NCBI GenBank assembly: GCA_047967505.1
Contig: CM106538.1
From: Dipteris shenzhenensis
Taxonomy: Eukaryota
Direction: 5' to 3' (one strand)
Length of the DNA: 64,000 bases
Shown here: piece after piece, positions 24,801-36,400 of the stretch
Layout: every line of letters begins with the position of its first letter
Position numbering within the stretch: the first letter of the stretch is position 1
Translations under genes and position numbers: made by a program
Notes under the pieces: generated by a model
Told to the model about the DNA's origin: nothing
What the model saw: the letters and a program-made list of their open reading frames with translations, nothing else
Database searches by the model: none

Positions 24801-25244
24801 TTCAAGGTCAGTACAGGGAACACACCTTTTCAATTGGTGTACGGCCTTGAAGCCGTGGTCCCACTTGAATTTATAATACCAAGTCTGCGCATCGCAATAC
24901 AAGAACACATGGGTGATCATGAGTCCTTGAAAGAAAGGCTCTGTCAGTTGGAAAAGCATACAGAGACAAGACTAGTCGCTTATCATGCCATGACAACAGA
25001 AAAACGTCGAAGAAAGGCATGGTTTGACAGGAATCTAAAAGCTAAAGACATCAAGGAAGGCGACTTAGTCCTGTTATACAATGCCAAAGTACACAAGGGA
25101 AAACTGAAATATCTAGGTCAAGGACCCTACCGAGTACGCAAGATGAATCCCATTGGAGCTGTGCTACTTGAAACACTTGATGGAGTCCAATTCAACACAA
25201 CAATAAACGGGAGCCGACTGAAGCGCTACTACATCAACACGTGA
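21885..25244 (+). CDS. pol: Pol: RT, RNase H, integrase
   Basis: 1119 aa. WVSPIVIV, FLDGFSGYNQ, MPFGL, FLDD, HTDGS, H..GH...CDVC, WGIDYVGP, SDRGTHF, GPY. Confidence 0.96.
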   Translation: MAVELPKVEPPQLHNSRRSRKKAAGGNRRRAKAEHFNEFERVRTRIVELYLAKAVPSKSKPPPLEWSPEGLEGICAAHEPLLGNTLPVEKLPHSSQRKKFRKYKPHVRMKLDPETSEKERKEEPNKLLNATMPPSTHDTSQASSTPSEADLREVPEYFKNYTSGSAPIAMPRPIRESEVQETDSIGETPIYEGPAKTRTINLALEGEEEKLVFIGKQLRQEDESKLKELLMEYRDCLAWSYKEMKGISPEVAVHTIPIREGARPKVCGPYRTNPKYGTMVYDELEKLLDAGFIYEIEHTDWVSPIVIVPKRNKKLRICVNLKNVNAATIRDHYPLPLTETVLEKVAGSEIYSFLDGFSGYNQVQIAPQDQSKTAFAIEWGIFAYRVMPFGLCNAPATFQRVMFTAFKSFLNKFLQVFLDDLCIHSTKQDHFKCLEEVLIKCREYGISLNPTKCQFMVTHGVVLGHIVSQHGIATDMDKIKIIMELPPPTNSKGVQVFMGHAGYYRRFILRYAMIARPLYKLLVEFLWTEECDQAFELLKWCLITAPILLSPNWDIDFHVHTDGSKYAIGSVLCQPGEHKKDYPVYFANRQLNDAEINYTTTEREALAMVYSVKKFRHYLLANDFVFYTDHQALLYLVNRPCTTGRITRWLLLLQEFNFKIVVRKGAQHYIADHMSRVKTGEEATGVEDDLPDATLFQIDAVPEWCGDIIGYLMAGRPPPDMKAVDARKLILKAAPYQLIAGQLYKMGKDQILRRCVMPHEILPILSEVHEGIAGGHFQGEATARKVLLAGYWWPTLWADAYEFVKGCDVCQRTIKPQHKDFNPLTTVVAQQPFEKWGIDYVGPIHPAAKGTQARYIIVATDYFTKWAEAKAVRKADAKSTARFLYEHVITRFGCPIEIVSDRGTHFVNEVIQELLSGFMVIHRKSTPYYPQGNGLAESTNKIICNILTKVVEPQRSDWAEKLNAALWAYRTTFKVSTGNTPFQLVYGLEAVVPLEFIIPSLRIAIQEHMGDHESLKERLCQLEKHTETRLVAYHAMTTEKRRRKAWFDRNLKAKDIKEGDLVLLYNAKVHKGKLKYLGQGPYRVRKMNPIGAVLLETLDGVQFNTTINGSRLKRYYINT

Positions 25245-25765
25245 GCCATCCCCGACAAAAACGAAGATTTGGGAAACCAAGTCTTCCTTAGTTAGGATTA
25301 GATTGTATCACAAGCACTCACTCGCATATGCACGTTTTTGCACATATAGTTTGCACTAGATTGTTACACGCACACTCACTGCATATGCACGTTTTTTGCA
25401 CGTTAGGGATGTTTGCGTCTTAGTTTCCCTATCAAATCCCACAAATAAGCATATAGTTAGACACATCACATGCACTCACATGATTTTGCATAGGCACATA
25501 ATAGATTGCATAAAAAATAGTATCACACAGTTTCATTCCATACTCTCAAAGCATGCAATGAATTCACACGCAGTACACAAAGCTATGCCAAAACTCAAGA
25601 TGAATTGGCAACAGAGTCTGCAGCCTCCGCAACGAGACCCCCGCCAAACATCACAGCCGTCTCCTATATGCAAAAAATATCAAACTTGCATACTAATTAT
25701 CTACAAGCTCAATGCTACTGGTGCAATCGCATCCAACATGTATGCAAGATAGCAAGAAATGACAG

Positions 25766-26050
25766 CCTCCACAACGAGACCCCCGCCAAACCTCTTCCCA
25801 AGAAGATTCGACGGCAGCGTCCGCAACCTCAGCAACGAGATCCCCTCTGACATTCATAGTCATCTACCCCTCCTCAAGTGGAGATAAGCTTCTTGACCAA
25901 CATCCTTTTATACCAATCCTCCACAACGAGACCCCCGCTAAACCTCTTCCCAAGAAGATTCGATGGCAGCGTCCGCAACCTCAGCAACGAGATCCCCTCT
26001 GACATTCATAGTCATCTACCCCTCCTTAAGAGAAGATAAGTTTCTTGACT
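25766..26050 (+). repeat. ~152 bp period tandem duplication in the 3' region of copy 1
   Basis: CCTCCACAACGAGACCCCCG... starts at 25766 and 25918. Confidence 0.85.
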
Positions 26051-26190
26051 ATTGACTACACATTGTGTGGTGCAAAAGAATTACAGCAGGAACGACTCGC
26101 ATACCCACTGTATTACGCACATGGCATCTCAACTCTGAAATCAAAATAATCCATAACCCGAGGACGGGTAATAAAATGGATCCGGGAGTA

Positions 26191-27457
26191 TGTTGACTCT
26201 GTGCCAACATGAACTTATGAAGAAAGAGAAGGTGATACAACTTTGTGATACAACTTTGTGTTACAACTTTGTGTTACAACTTCTAGACACAACTTTATGT
26301 TACGACTTTATGTAACAACTTTGTGTTACAAGTTTGTGTTACAACTTCTACATGAAGAGAGAGAATGTGTTATGACTTTGTGACACAACTTTGTGTTACA
26401 ACTTTGTGTAACAACTTTGTGATACAACTTTGTGACACAACTTTGTGTTACAACTTTGTGTAACAACTTTGTGTTACAACTTCTACATGTAGAGAGAGAA
26501 AGTGATACAACTTTGTGTTACGACGTTGTGACACAACTTTGTGTTACAACTTTGTGATACAACTTTGTGTTACAACTTTGTGATACGACTTTGTGTTACA
26601 TGCAGAGAGAGAAGCTCTCCAACTTGTATAAATACCCCATAATGGAATGAAGCCCACACTCTTGGGGCATTGTGTTGAGTCTACATTGGTATTCCAAGCA
26701 TTTGTCTCAAGTGTCCATGCTTCCTTGCACTGCACGTCCAAAAGCATGTCCTAACCTTGCAACCCTTCTCCCCTCTCCTCCAACCCTGCAACCCATCCTC
26801 TCCCTCTCCTCCTCCCTTCTCCCCCCTCCTCCTCCTCCTCCTCCTCCTCCCTCCTCCTCCCTCCTCCTCCTCCTCCTCCTCCTCCCTCCTCCTCCTCCTC
26901 CTCTCTCCTCCCTCTCCCTCCTCCTCTTCCCTCCTCCTCCTTCCTCCTCTCTCTCTTACTTCACCCATGCTCTTACACCTTCTTCCTCTCCCACTCCTAT
27001 GCTTTCCTAAACCCTTAAACTCAATGATCTACGAGGGAGACGAGTTCTCCACCATGTATTTTACTCTGAACCTTGGATCCTCCTCCTAACCCTGAACTCC
27101 TTCTAAACCTTGGAACCTCCTTCTGAACCCTGGAACTCTTTCTAACCCTGAACTCTTTCTAAACCCTGGAACCTCCTTCTGAACCCTTAAACTCCTCCTA
27201 AACCCTACAACCCCCAATGAAGGCGAAAGCCTTCATTACCCCAACAACAATGGTTTACGTGCCTTTTACACATGCTTGCATTATGTTTACTCACCACACT
27301 TAAGCCTACGTCTCTCACCGGAACACGACTCGAGGTCCTAAGCTACACATATACTACAACGACAATCCCAATATATCTGTAGGTGACAAAAAGCCTCGGA
27401 ACACTGCAACATAGAGAACCCAGCTCTTCCTACGGAAGCGGTAGGAAAGAGCCAACA
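26191..27457 (+). repeat. 3' LTR (1267 bp)
   Basis: By eye it differs from the 5' LTR by one CCT unit and about two substitutions. Confidence 0.97.
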
Positions 27458-27462
27458 GGCAC

Positions 27463-30400
27463 CATTCTCCTATGATCACTGGAATACCCCTCCTATAATA
27501 TTAGGGTAAACAACTGTACCAAGGGAGAATGGTAGTGGTGCCAATCTCTTATTGGGCCCTAGAAAATGGCACTGAGAAGCCTAAACTCACATGCCATTCT
27601 TCTATGTTCCACCGGTGGAAAATGGCAATGGTGCCATTCTCTAAAACATGCACAAGGAATCCTAAACGCACATGTGCATTGGCACTTTTACCATTATCCT
27701 ACTACAGCCAATAAAATTAGTGGAATGTCAATCTATAGGTTTAGTTTGTCTAGATTACCACTAGTGGAGAATAGCAGTGATGCCAATCTCATGCAGGCAC
27801 CTACATAATGACACTAAGATCAACAAACTCACATGTGGATTGGAATCGGACACCATTCTCCTATGATCACTGGAATACCCCACCTAGAATAGTAGGGTAA
27901 ACATTTGTACAAGTGGAGAATGGCAGGGTGCCAATCTATTATTAGGCCCTAGAAAATGGCATTGAGAAGCCTAAACTCACATGTGCAAGCTTCTCAATGC
28001 CATTTTCTAGGGCCTAATAAGAGATTGGCACCACTGGAGAATGGATTTCTGTCAATCTCTGTGGAGAATGCCACCAGTGGAGAATGGCAGTGGTGCCAAT
28101 CTCATACCAAGACGTTAAAAATGGCACAAGGAATCCTAAACTCACATGTGCATTGGCACTTTTGCCATTATGCTACTGCAGCCAATAAAATTTGTGGACT
28201 GTCAATCTACAAGTTTAGTTTATCTAGATTGCCACCAGTGGAGAATTGAAGTGATGCCAATCTCATGCAGGCAACCACATAATGACACTGAGATCCTCAA
28301 ACTCACATGTGGATTGGAATCGGGCACCATTCTCCTATGATCCTTGGAATACCCCTCCTAGAATATTACGGTAAACATTTGTACAAGCGGAGAATGGCAG
28401 TGGTGCCAATCTCTTATTAGGCCCTAGAAAATGGCACTGTGAAGCCTAAACTCACATGTGCAGCCAATAAAATTAGTAGAATGTCAATCTATAGTTTAGT
28501 TTGTCTAGATTACCACTAGTGGAGAAGCCTAAACTCACATGTGCATTCTTCTATGTAGTGATCACCGTCTCCACTGTGTAGATATCATATGGAATTGTGT
28601 CAATCTCTATGGAGAATGGCAGTAGTGCCAATCTCATACTATGACCTGAAAACATGCACAAGGAATCCTAAACTCACATGTGCATCAGCACTACCACTAG
28701 TGGAGAATGGCAATGATGCCAATCTCATGCTGGCAACTACATAATGACAATGAGATCACCAAATTCACATGTGCATTGAAACTTTTGCCATTATCCTACT
28801 GCAGCCAATAAAATTAGTGGAATGTCAATCTACAGGTTTAGTTTGTCTTGATTACCACTAGTGGAGAATGGCAGTGATGCCAATCTCATGCTGGCAACTA
28901 CATAATGACACTGAGATCATCAAACTCACATGTGGAATGGAATCTGACACCACTCTCCTATGATCACTGGAATACCCCTCCTAGAATAGTACGGTAAACA
29001 TTTGTACAAGTGGAGAATGGCAGTGGTGCCAATCTCTTATTAGGCCTTAGAAAATGGCATTGAGAAGCCTAAACTCACATGTGCATTCTTCCATGTAGTG
29101 ATCACAGTCTCCGCTGTGTAGAGATCATATGGAATTGTGTCAATCTCTGTGGAGAATGCCACCAGTGGAGAATGGCAGTGGTGCCAATCTCACATGTGGA
29201 ATACCCCTATGATCCTTGGAATACCCCTCCTAGAATATTAGGGTAAACATTTGTACAAGTGGAGAATGTCAATGGTGCCAATCTCTTATTAGGCCCTAGA
29301 AAATTGCACTGTCAAGCCTAAACTCACATGTGCATCCAATAAAATAAGTGGAATGTTAATCTATAGGTTTAGTTTGTCTAGACTACCAATAGTGGAGAAA
29401 GGGAGTGATGCCAAACTCATGCTGGCACCTACATAATGACACTGAGATCATCAAACTCACATGTGGATTTGAATCGGACACCACTCTCCCATGATCACTG
29501 GAATACCCCTCCTAGAATAGTAGGGTAAACATCTGTACAAGTGGAGAATGGTAGTGGTGCCAATCTCTTATAAGGCCCTAAGAAATGGCATTGGGAAGCC
29601 TAAACTCACATGTGCATTCTTCTATGTAGTGATGACCTGAAAACATGCACAAGGAATCCTAAACTCACATGTGCATTGGCACTTTTGCCATTCTCTGCTA
29701 GTGGTAATGTGCATTCTTCTATGTAGTGATCACTGTCTCCGCTATGTAGAGATCATATAGAATTGTGTCAATCTCTGTGCAGAATGCCACCAATGGAGAA
29801 TGGTAGTGGTTCCAATCCCATACCATGACTTGAAAACATGCACAAGGAATCCTAAACTCACATGTGCATTGGCACTATTGCCATTATCCTACTGTAGCCA
29901 ATAAAATTAGTGGAATGTCAATCTATAGGTTTAGTTTGTCTAGATTACCACTAGCAGAGAATGGTAGTGATGCCAAACTGATGCTGGCCCTAAGAAATGG
30001 CATTGAGAATCATAAACTCACATGTGCATTCTTCTATGTACTAATCCCTGTCTCCGTTGTGTAGAGATCATATGGAATTGTATCAATCTCTTATTAGGCC
30101 CTGGAATGGCAATCTATAGGTTTAGTTTGTTTAGACTACCACTAGTGGAGAATGGCAGTGATGCCAAACTCATGCTGGCACCTACATAATGACACTAAGA
30201 TCATCAAACTCACATGTGGATTGGAATCGGACACCACTCTCCTATGATCACTGGAATACCCCTCCTAGAAAAGTAGGGTAAACATTTGTACAAGTGGAGA
30301 ATGGCAGTGGTGCCAATCTCTTATTAGGCCCTAAGAAATGGCATTGAGAAGCCTAAACTCACATGTGCATTCTTCTATGTATTGATCACTGTCTCCACTG

Positions 30401-33400
30401 TGTAAAGATCATATGGAATTGTGTCAATCTCTGTGAAGAATGCCACTAGTGGAGAATGGCAGTGGTGCCAATCTGATACCATGACCTGAAAACATGCACA
30501 AGGAATCCTAAACTCACATGTGCATTGGCACTTTTTCCATTATCCTACTGTAGCCAATAAAATTAGTGGAATGTCAATCTATAGGTTCAGCTTGTCTAGA
30601 TTACCACGAGCGGAGAATGGAAGTGATGCCAATATCATGCTTGCAACTACATAATGACACTTAGATCATCAAACTCACCTGTGGAATGGAATAGGACACC
30701 ACTCTCCTATGATCATTGGAATACCCCCCCTAGAATAGTAGGGTAAACATTTGTACAAGTGGAGAATGACATGTGCAGAGATCTTTTGGATTTGTGTCAA
30801 TCTCTATGGAGCATGCCACCAGTGCAAAATGGCAGTGGTGCCAATCTCATACCATGACGTGAAAACATGCACTTTTGCCATTATCCTACTGCAGCCAATA
30901 AAATTAGTGGAATGTCAATCTATAGGTTTAGTTTGTCTAGATTACCACTAGCAGAGAATGGCAGTGATGCCAAACTCATGCTGGCCCTAATAAATGGCAT
31001 TGGGAATCCTAAACTCACATGTGCATTCTTCTATGTTGATCACTGTCTCTGCTGTGTAGAGATCATGTGTAGAGATCATATGGAATTGTGTCAATCTCTT
31101 ATTAGGCCCTGGAATGTCAATCTATAGGTTTAGTTTGTTTAGACTACCACTAGTGGAGAATGGCAGTGATGCCAAACTCATGCTGGCACCTACATAATGA
31201 CACTGAGATCATCAAACTCAAATGTGGATTGGAATCGGACACCACTCTCTTATTATCACTGGAATACCCCTCCTAGAAGAGTATGGTAAACAATTGTACA
31301 AGTGGAGAATGGCAGTGGTGCCAATCTCTTATTAGGCCCTAAGAAATGGCATTGAGAAGCCTAAACTCACATGTGCATTCTTCTATGTAGTGATCACTGT
31401 CTCCGTTGTGTAGAGATCATATGGAATTGTGTCAATCTCTACGGAGAATGCCACCAGTGGAGAATGGAAGTGGTGCCAATCTTATACCATGACCTGAAAA
31501 CATGCACAAGGAATTCTAAACTCACATGTGCATTGGCACTTTTGCCATTATCCTACTACAGCCAATAAAATTAGTGGAATGTCAATCTATAGGTTCAGTT
31601 TGTCTAGATTACCACTAGCAGAGAATGGCAATGATGCCAATCTCATGCTGGCAACTACATAATGACACTGAGATCATGAAACTCACATGTGGAATGGAAT
31701 AGGACCCACTCTCCTATGATCACTGGAATACCCCTCCTAGAATAGTAGGGTAAACATTTGTACAAGTGGAGAATGGCAGTGGTGCCAATCTCTTATTAGG
31801 CCCTAAGAAATGGCATTGAGAAGCCTAAACTCACATGTGCAGAGATCATATGGATTTGTGTCAATATCTGTGGAGAATGCCACCAGTGGAGAATGGCAGT
31901 GGTGCCAATCTCATACCATGACCTGAAAACATGCACAAGGAATCCTAAACTCACATGTGCATTCTTCTATGTAGTGATCACTGTCTGTGCTATGTAGAGA
32001 TCATATGGAATTGTGTCAATCTCTGTGGAGAATGCCACCAGTGGAGAATGGAAGTGGTGCCAATCTCATACCATGACCTGAAAACATGTACAAGGAATCC
32101 TAAACTCACATGTGCATTCTTCTATGTAGTATCATTGTCTCCGCTATGTAGAGATCATATGGAATTGTGTCAATCTCTGTGTAGAATGCCACCAGTGGAG
32201 AATGGTAGTGGTTCCAAGCTCATACCTTGACCTGAAAACATGCACAAGGAATCCTAAACTCACATGTGCATTCTTCTATGTAGTGATCACTGTCTCTACT
32301 GTGTAGAGATCATATGGAATCCTAAACTCACATTTGGATTGGAATCGGACACCACTCTCCTATGATCACTGGAAAACCCCTCCTAGAATAGTAGGGTAAA
32401 CATTTGTACAAGTGGAGAAAGGCAGTGGTGCTAATCTCTTATTAGGCCCTAAGAAATGGCATTGAGAAGCCTAAACTCACATGTGCATTCTTCTATGTAG
32501 TGATCACTATCTCCGCTGTGTAGAGATCATATGGAATTGTGTCAATCTCTGTGGAGAATCCCACCAGTGGAGAATGGTAGTGGTGCCAATCTCATACCAT
32601 GACGTGAAAACATGCACAAGGAATCCTAAGCTCACATGTGCATTCTTCTATGTAGTGATCACTGTCTCCGCTGTGTAGAGATCATATGGAATTGTGTCAA
32701 TCTCTGAGATCATCAAACTCACATGTGGATTGGAATCGGACACCACTCTCCTATGATCACTAGAATACCCCTTGTAGAATAGTAGGGTAAACATTTGTAC
32801 AAGTGGAGAATGGTAGTGGTGCCAATCTCATACCATGACCTAAAAACTTGCACAAGGAATCCTAAACTCACATGTGCATTGGCACTTTTGCCATTATCCT
32901 ACTGCAGCCAATAAAATTAGTGGAATGTCAATCTATAGGTTTAGTTTGTCTAGATTAACACCAGTGGAGAATGGCAATGATGCCAATCTCATGCTGGCAA
33001 CTACATAATGACATTGAGATCATCAAACTCATATGTGGAATGGAATAGGACACCACTCTCCTATGATCATTGGAATACCCCTCCTAGAATAGTAGGGTAA
33101 ACATATGTACAACTGGAGAATGGCAATGGTGCCAATCTCTTATTAGGCCCTAAGAAATGGCATTGAGAAGCCTAAACTCACATGTGTAGAGATCATATGG
33201 ATTTGTGTCAATCTCTGTGGAGAATGCCACCAGTGGAGAATGGCAGTGGTGCCAATCTCATACCATGACCTGAAAACATGCACAAGGAATCCTAAACTCA
33301 CATGTGCATTCTTCTATGTAGTGATCAACTGTCTCTGCTGTGTAGAGATCATATGGAATTGTGTCAATCTCTGTGGAGAATGCCACCAATGGAGAATGGC

Positions 33401-36400
33401 AGTGGTACCAATCTCATATCATGACCTGAAAACATGCACAAGGAATCCTAAACTCACATGTGCATTCTTCTATGTAGTGATCACTGTCTCCGCTGTGTAG
33501 AGATCATATGGAATTGTGTCAATCTCTGATATCATCAAACTCACATGTGGATTCGAATCGGACACCACTCTCCTTTGATCACTGGAATACCCCTCCTAGA
33601 ATAGTAGGGTAAACGGTTGTACAAGTTGAGAATGGCAGTGGTGCCAATCTCTTATTAGGCCCTAAGAAATGGCATTGAGAAGCCTAAACTCACATGTGCA
33701 TTCTTCTATGTAGTGATCACTGTCTCCGCTATGTAGAGATCATATGGAATTGTGTCAATCTTTGTGGAGAATGCCACCAGTGGAGAATGGCAGTTGTGCC
33801 AATCTCATACCATGACCTGAAAGCATGCACAAGGAATCCTAAACTCACATGTGCATTTGCACTTTTGCCATTATCCTACTGTAGCCAATAAAATTAGTGG
33901 AATGTCAATCTATAGGTTTGTCTAGATTACCACTAGTGGAGAATGGCAGTGATGCCAATCTCATGCTAGCAACTACATAATGTCACTGAGATCATAAAAC
34001 TCACATGTGGAATGGAATCAAACAACACTCTCCTATGATCATTGGAATACCCCTCCTAGAATAGTAGGGTAAACATTTGTACAAGTGGAGAATGGCAGTG
34101 GTGCCAATCTCTTATTAGGCCCTAAGAAATGGCATTGAGAAGCCTAAACTCACATGTGCATTCTTCTATGTATTCTCCACAGAGATTGACACAAATCTCT
34201 GTGGAGAATGGCACTGGTGCCAATCTCATACCATGACCTGAAAACATGCACAAGGAATCCTAAAATCACATGTGCATTGGCACTTTTGCCATTATCCTAC
34301 TGCAGCCAATAAAATTAGTGGAATGTCAATCTATAGGTTCAGTTTGTCTAGATTACCACTAGCGGAGAATGGCAGTGATGCCCATCTCATGCTGGCAACT
34401 ACATAATTACACTGAGATCATCAAACTCACATGTGGAATGGAATAGGACACCACTCTCCTATGATCATTGGAATACCCCTCCTAGAATAGTAGGGTAAAC
34501 ATTTGTACAAGTGGAGAATGGCAATGGTGCCAATCTCTTCTTAGGCCCTAAGAAATGGCATTGAGAAGCCTAAACTCACATGTGCATTCTTGTATGTAGT
34601 GATTATTGTCTCCGATGTGTAGAGATCATATGGAATTGTGTCAATATCTGTGGAGAATGGTAGTGGTGCCAATCTCATACCATGACCTGAAAACATGCAC
34701 AAGGAATCCTAAAATCACATGTGCATTGGCACTTTTTCCATTATCCTACTGCAGCCAATAAAATTAGTGGAATGTCAATCTATAGGTTCAGTTTGTCTAG
34801 ATTACCACTAGCGGAGAATGGCAGTGATGCCAATATCATGCTGGCAACTACATAATTACACTGAGATCATCAAACTCACATGTGGAATGGAATAGTACAC
34901 CACTCTCCTATGATCATTGGAATACCCCTCTTAGAATAGTAGGGTAAACATTTGTACAAGTGGAGAATGGCAGTGGTGCCAATCTCTTATTAGGCCCTAA
35001 GAAATGGCATTGAGAAGTCTAAACTCACATGCGCAAAGATCATATGGATTTGTGTCAATCTCTGTGGAGAATGCCACCAGTGGAGAATGGCAGTGGTGCC
35101 AATCTCATACCATGACCTGAAAACATGCACAAGGAATCCTAAACTCACATGTGCATTCTTCTATGTAGTGATCACTGTCTCCGCTGTGTAGAGAGCATAT
35201 GGAATTGTGTCAATCTCTGTGGAGAATGCCACCAGTGGGGAATGGTAGTGGTGCCAATCTCATACAATGACCTAAAAACATGCACAAGGAATCCTAAACT
35301 CACATGTGCATTCTTCTATGTAGTGATCACTGTCTCCGTTGTGTAGAGATCATATGGAATTGTGTCAATCTCTGTGGAGAATGCCACCAGTGGAGAATGG
35401 TAGTGGTGCCAATCTCATACCATGACCTGAAAACATGCACAAGGAATCCTAAACTCACATGTGCATTCTTCTATGTAGTGATCACTGTCTCCGCTGTGTA
35501 GAGATCATATGGAATTGTGTCAATCTCTGTGGAGAATGCCACCAGTGGAGAATGGTAGTGGTGCCAATCTCATACCATGACCTGAAAACATGCACAAGGA
35601 ATCCTAAACTCACATGTGCATTCTTCTATGTAGTGATCACTCTCTCCGCTGTGTAGAGATCATATGGAATTGTGTCAATCTCTATGGAGAATGCCACCAG
35701 TGGAGAATGGTAGTGGTGCCAATATCATACCATGACCTGAAAACATGCACAAGGAATCCTAAACTCACATGTGCATTCTTCTATGTAGTGATCACTGTCT
35801 CCGCTGTGTAGCGATCATATGGAACTGTGGCAATCTCTGAGATCATCAAACTCACATGTGGAATGGAATCGAATACCACTCTCCTATGATCACTGGAATA
35901 CCCCTCCTAGAATAGTAGGGTAAACATTTGTACAAGTGGAGAACGGCAGTGGTGCCAATCTCTTATTAGGCCCTAAGAAATGGCATTGAGAATCCTAAAC
36001 TCACATGTGCATTCTTCTATATAGTGATCACTGTCTCCGCTGTGTAGAGATCATAGGGAATTGTGTCAATCTCTATGGAGAATGCCAATAAAATTAGACT
36101 ACCACTAGTGGGGAATGGCGGTGATGCCAATCTCATGCTGGCAATTATGTAATGACATTGAGATCATCAAACTCACATTTGGATTGGAATCGGACACCAC
36201 TCTCCTATGATCACTGGAGTACCCCTCCTAGACTAGTACGGTAAACATCAATCTATAGGTTTAGTTTGTCTAGATTACCACTAGCGGAGAATGGCAGTGA
36301 TGCCAAACTCATGCTGGCCCTAAGAAATGGCATTGAGAATCCTAAACTCACATGTGCATTCTTCTATGTAGTGATTACTATCTCCGGTGTGTAGAGATCA

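Larger units (their letters stand above)
14983..27457 (+). mobile_element. Full-length Athila-like Ty3/Gypsy LTR retrotransposon (copy 1), young
   Basis: Near-identical TG...CA LTRs, GGCAC TSD (14978-14982 and 27458-27462), tRNA-Asp PBS, gag-PR-RT-RH-INT order. Confidence 0.97.
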
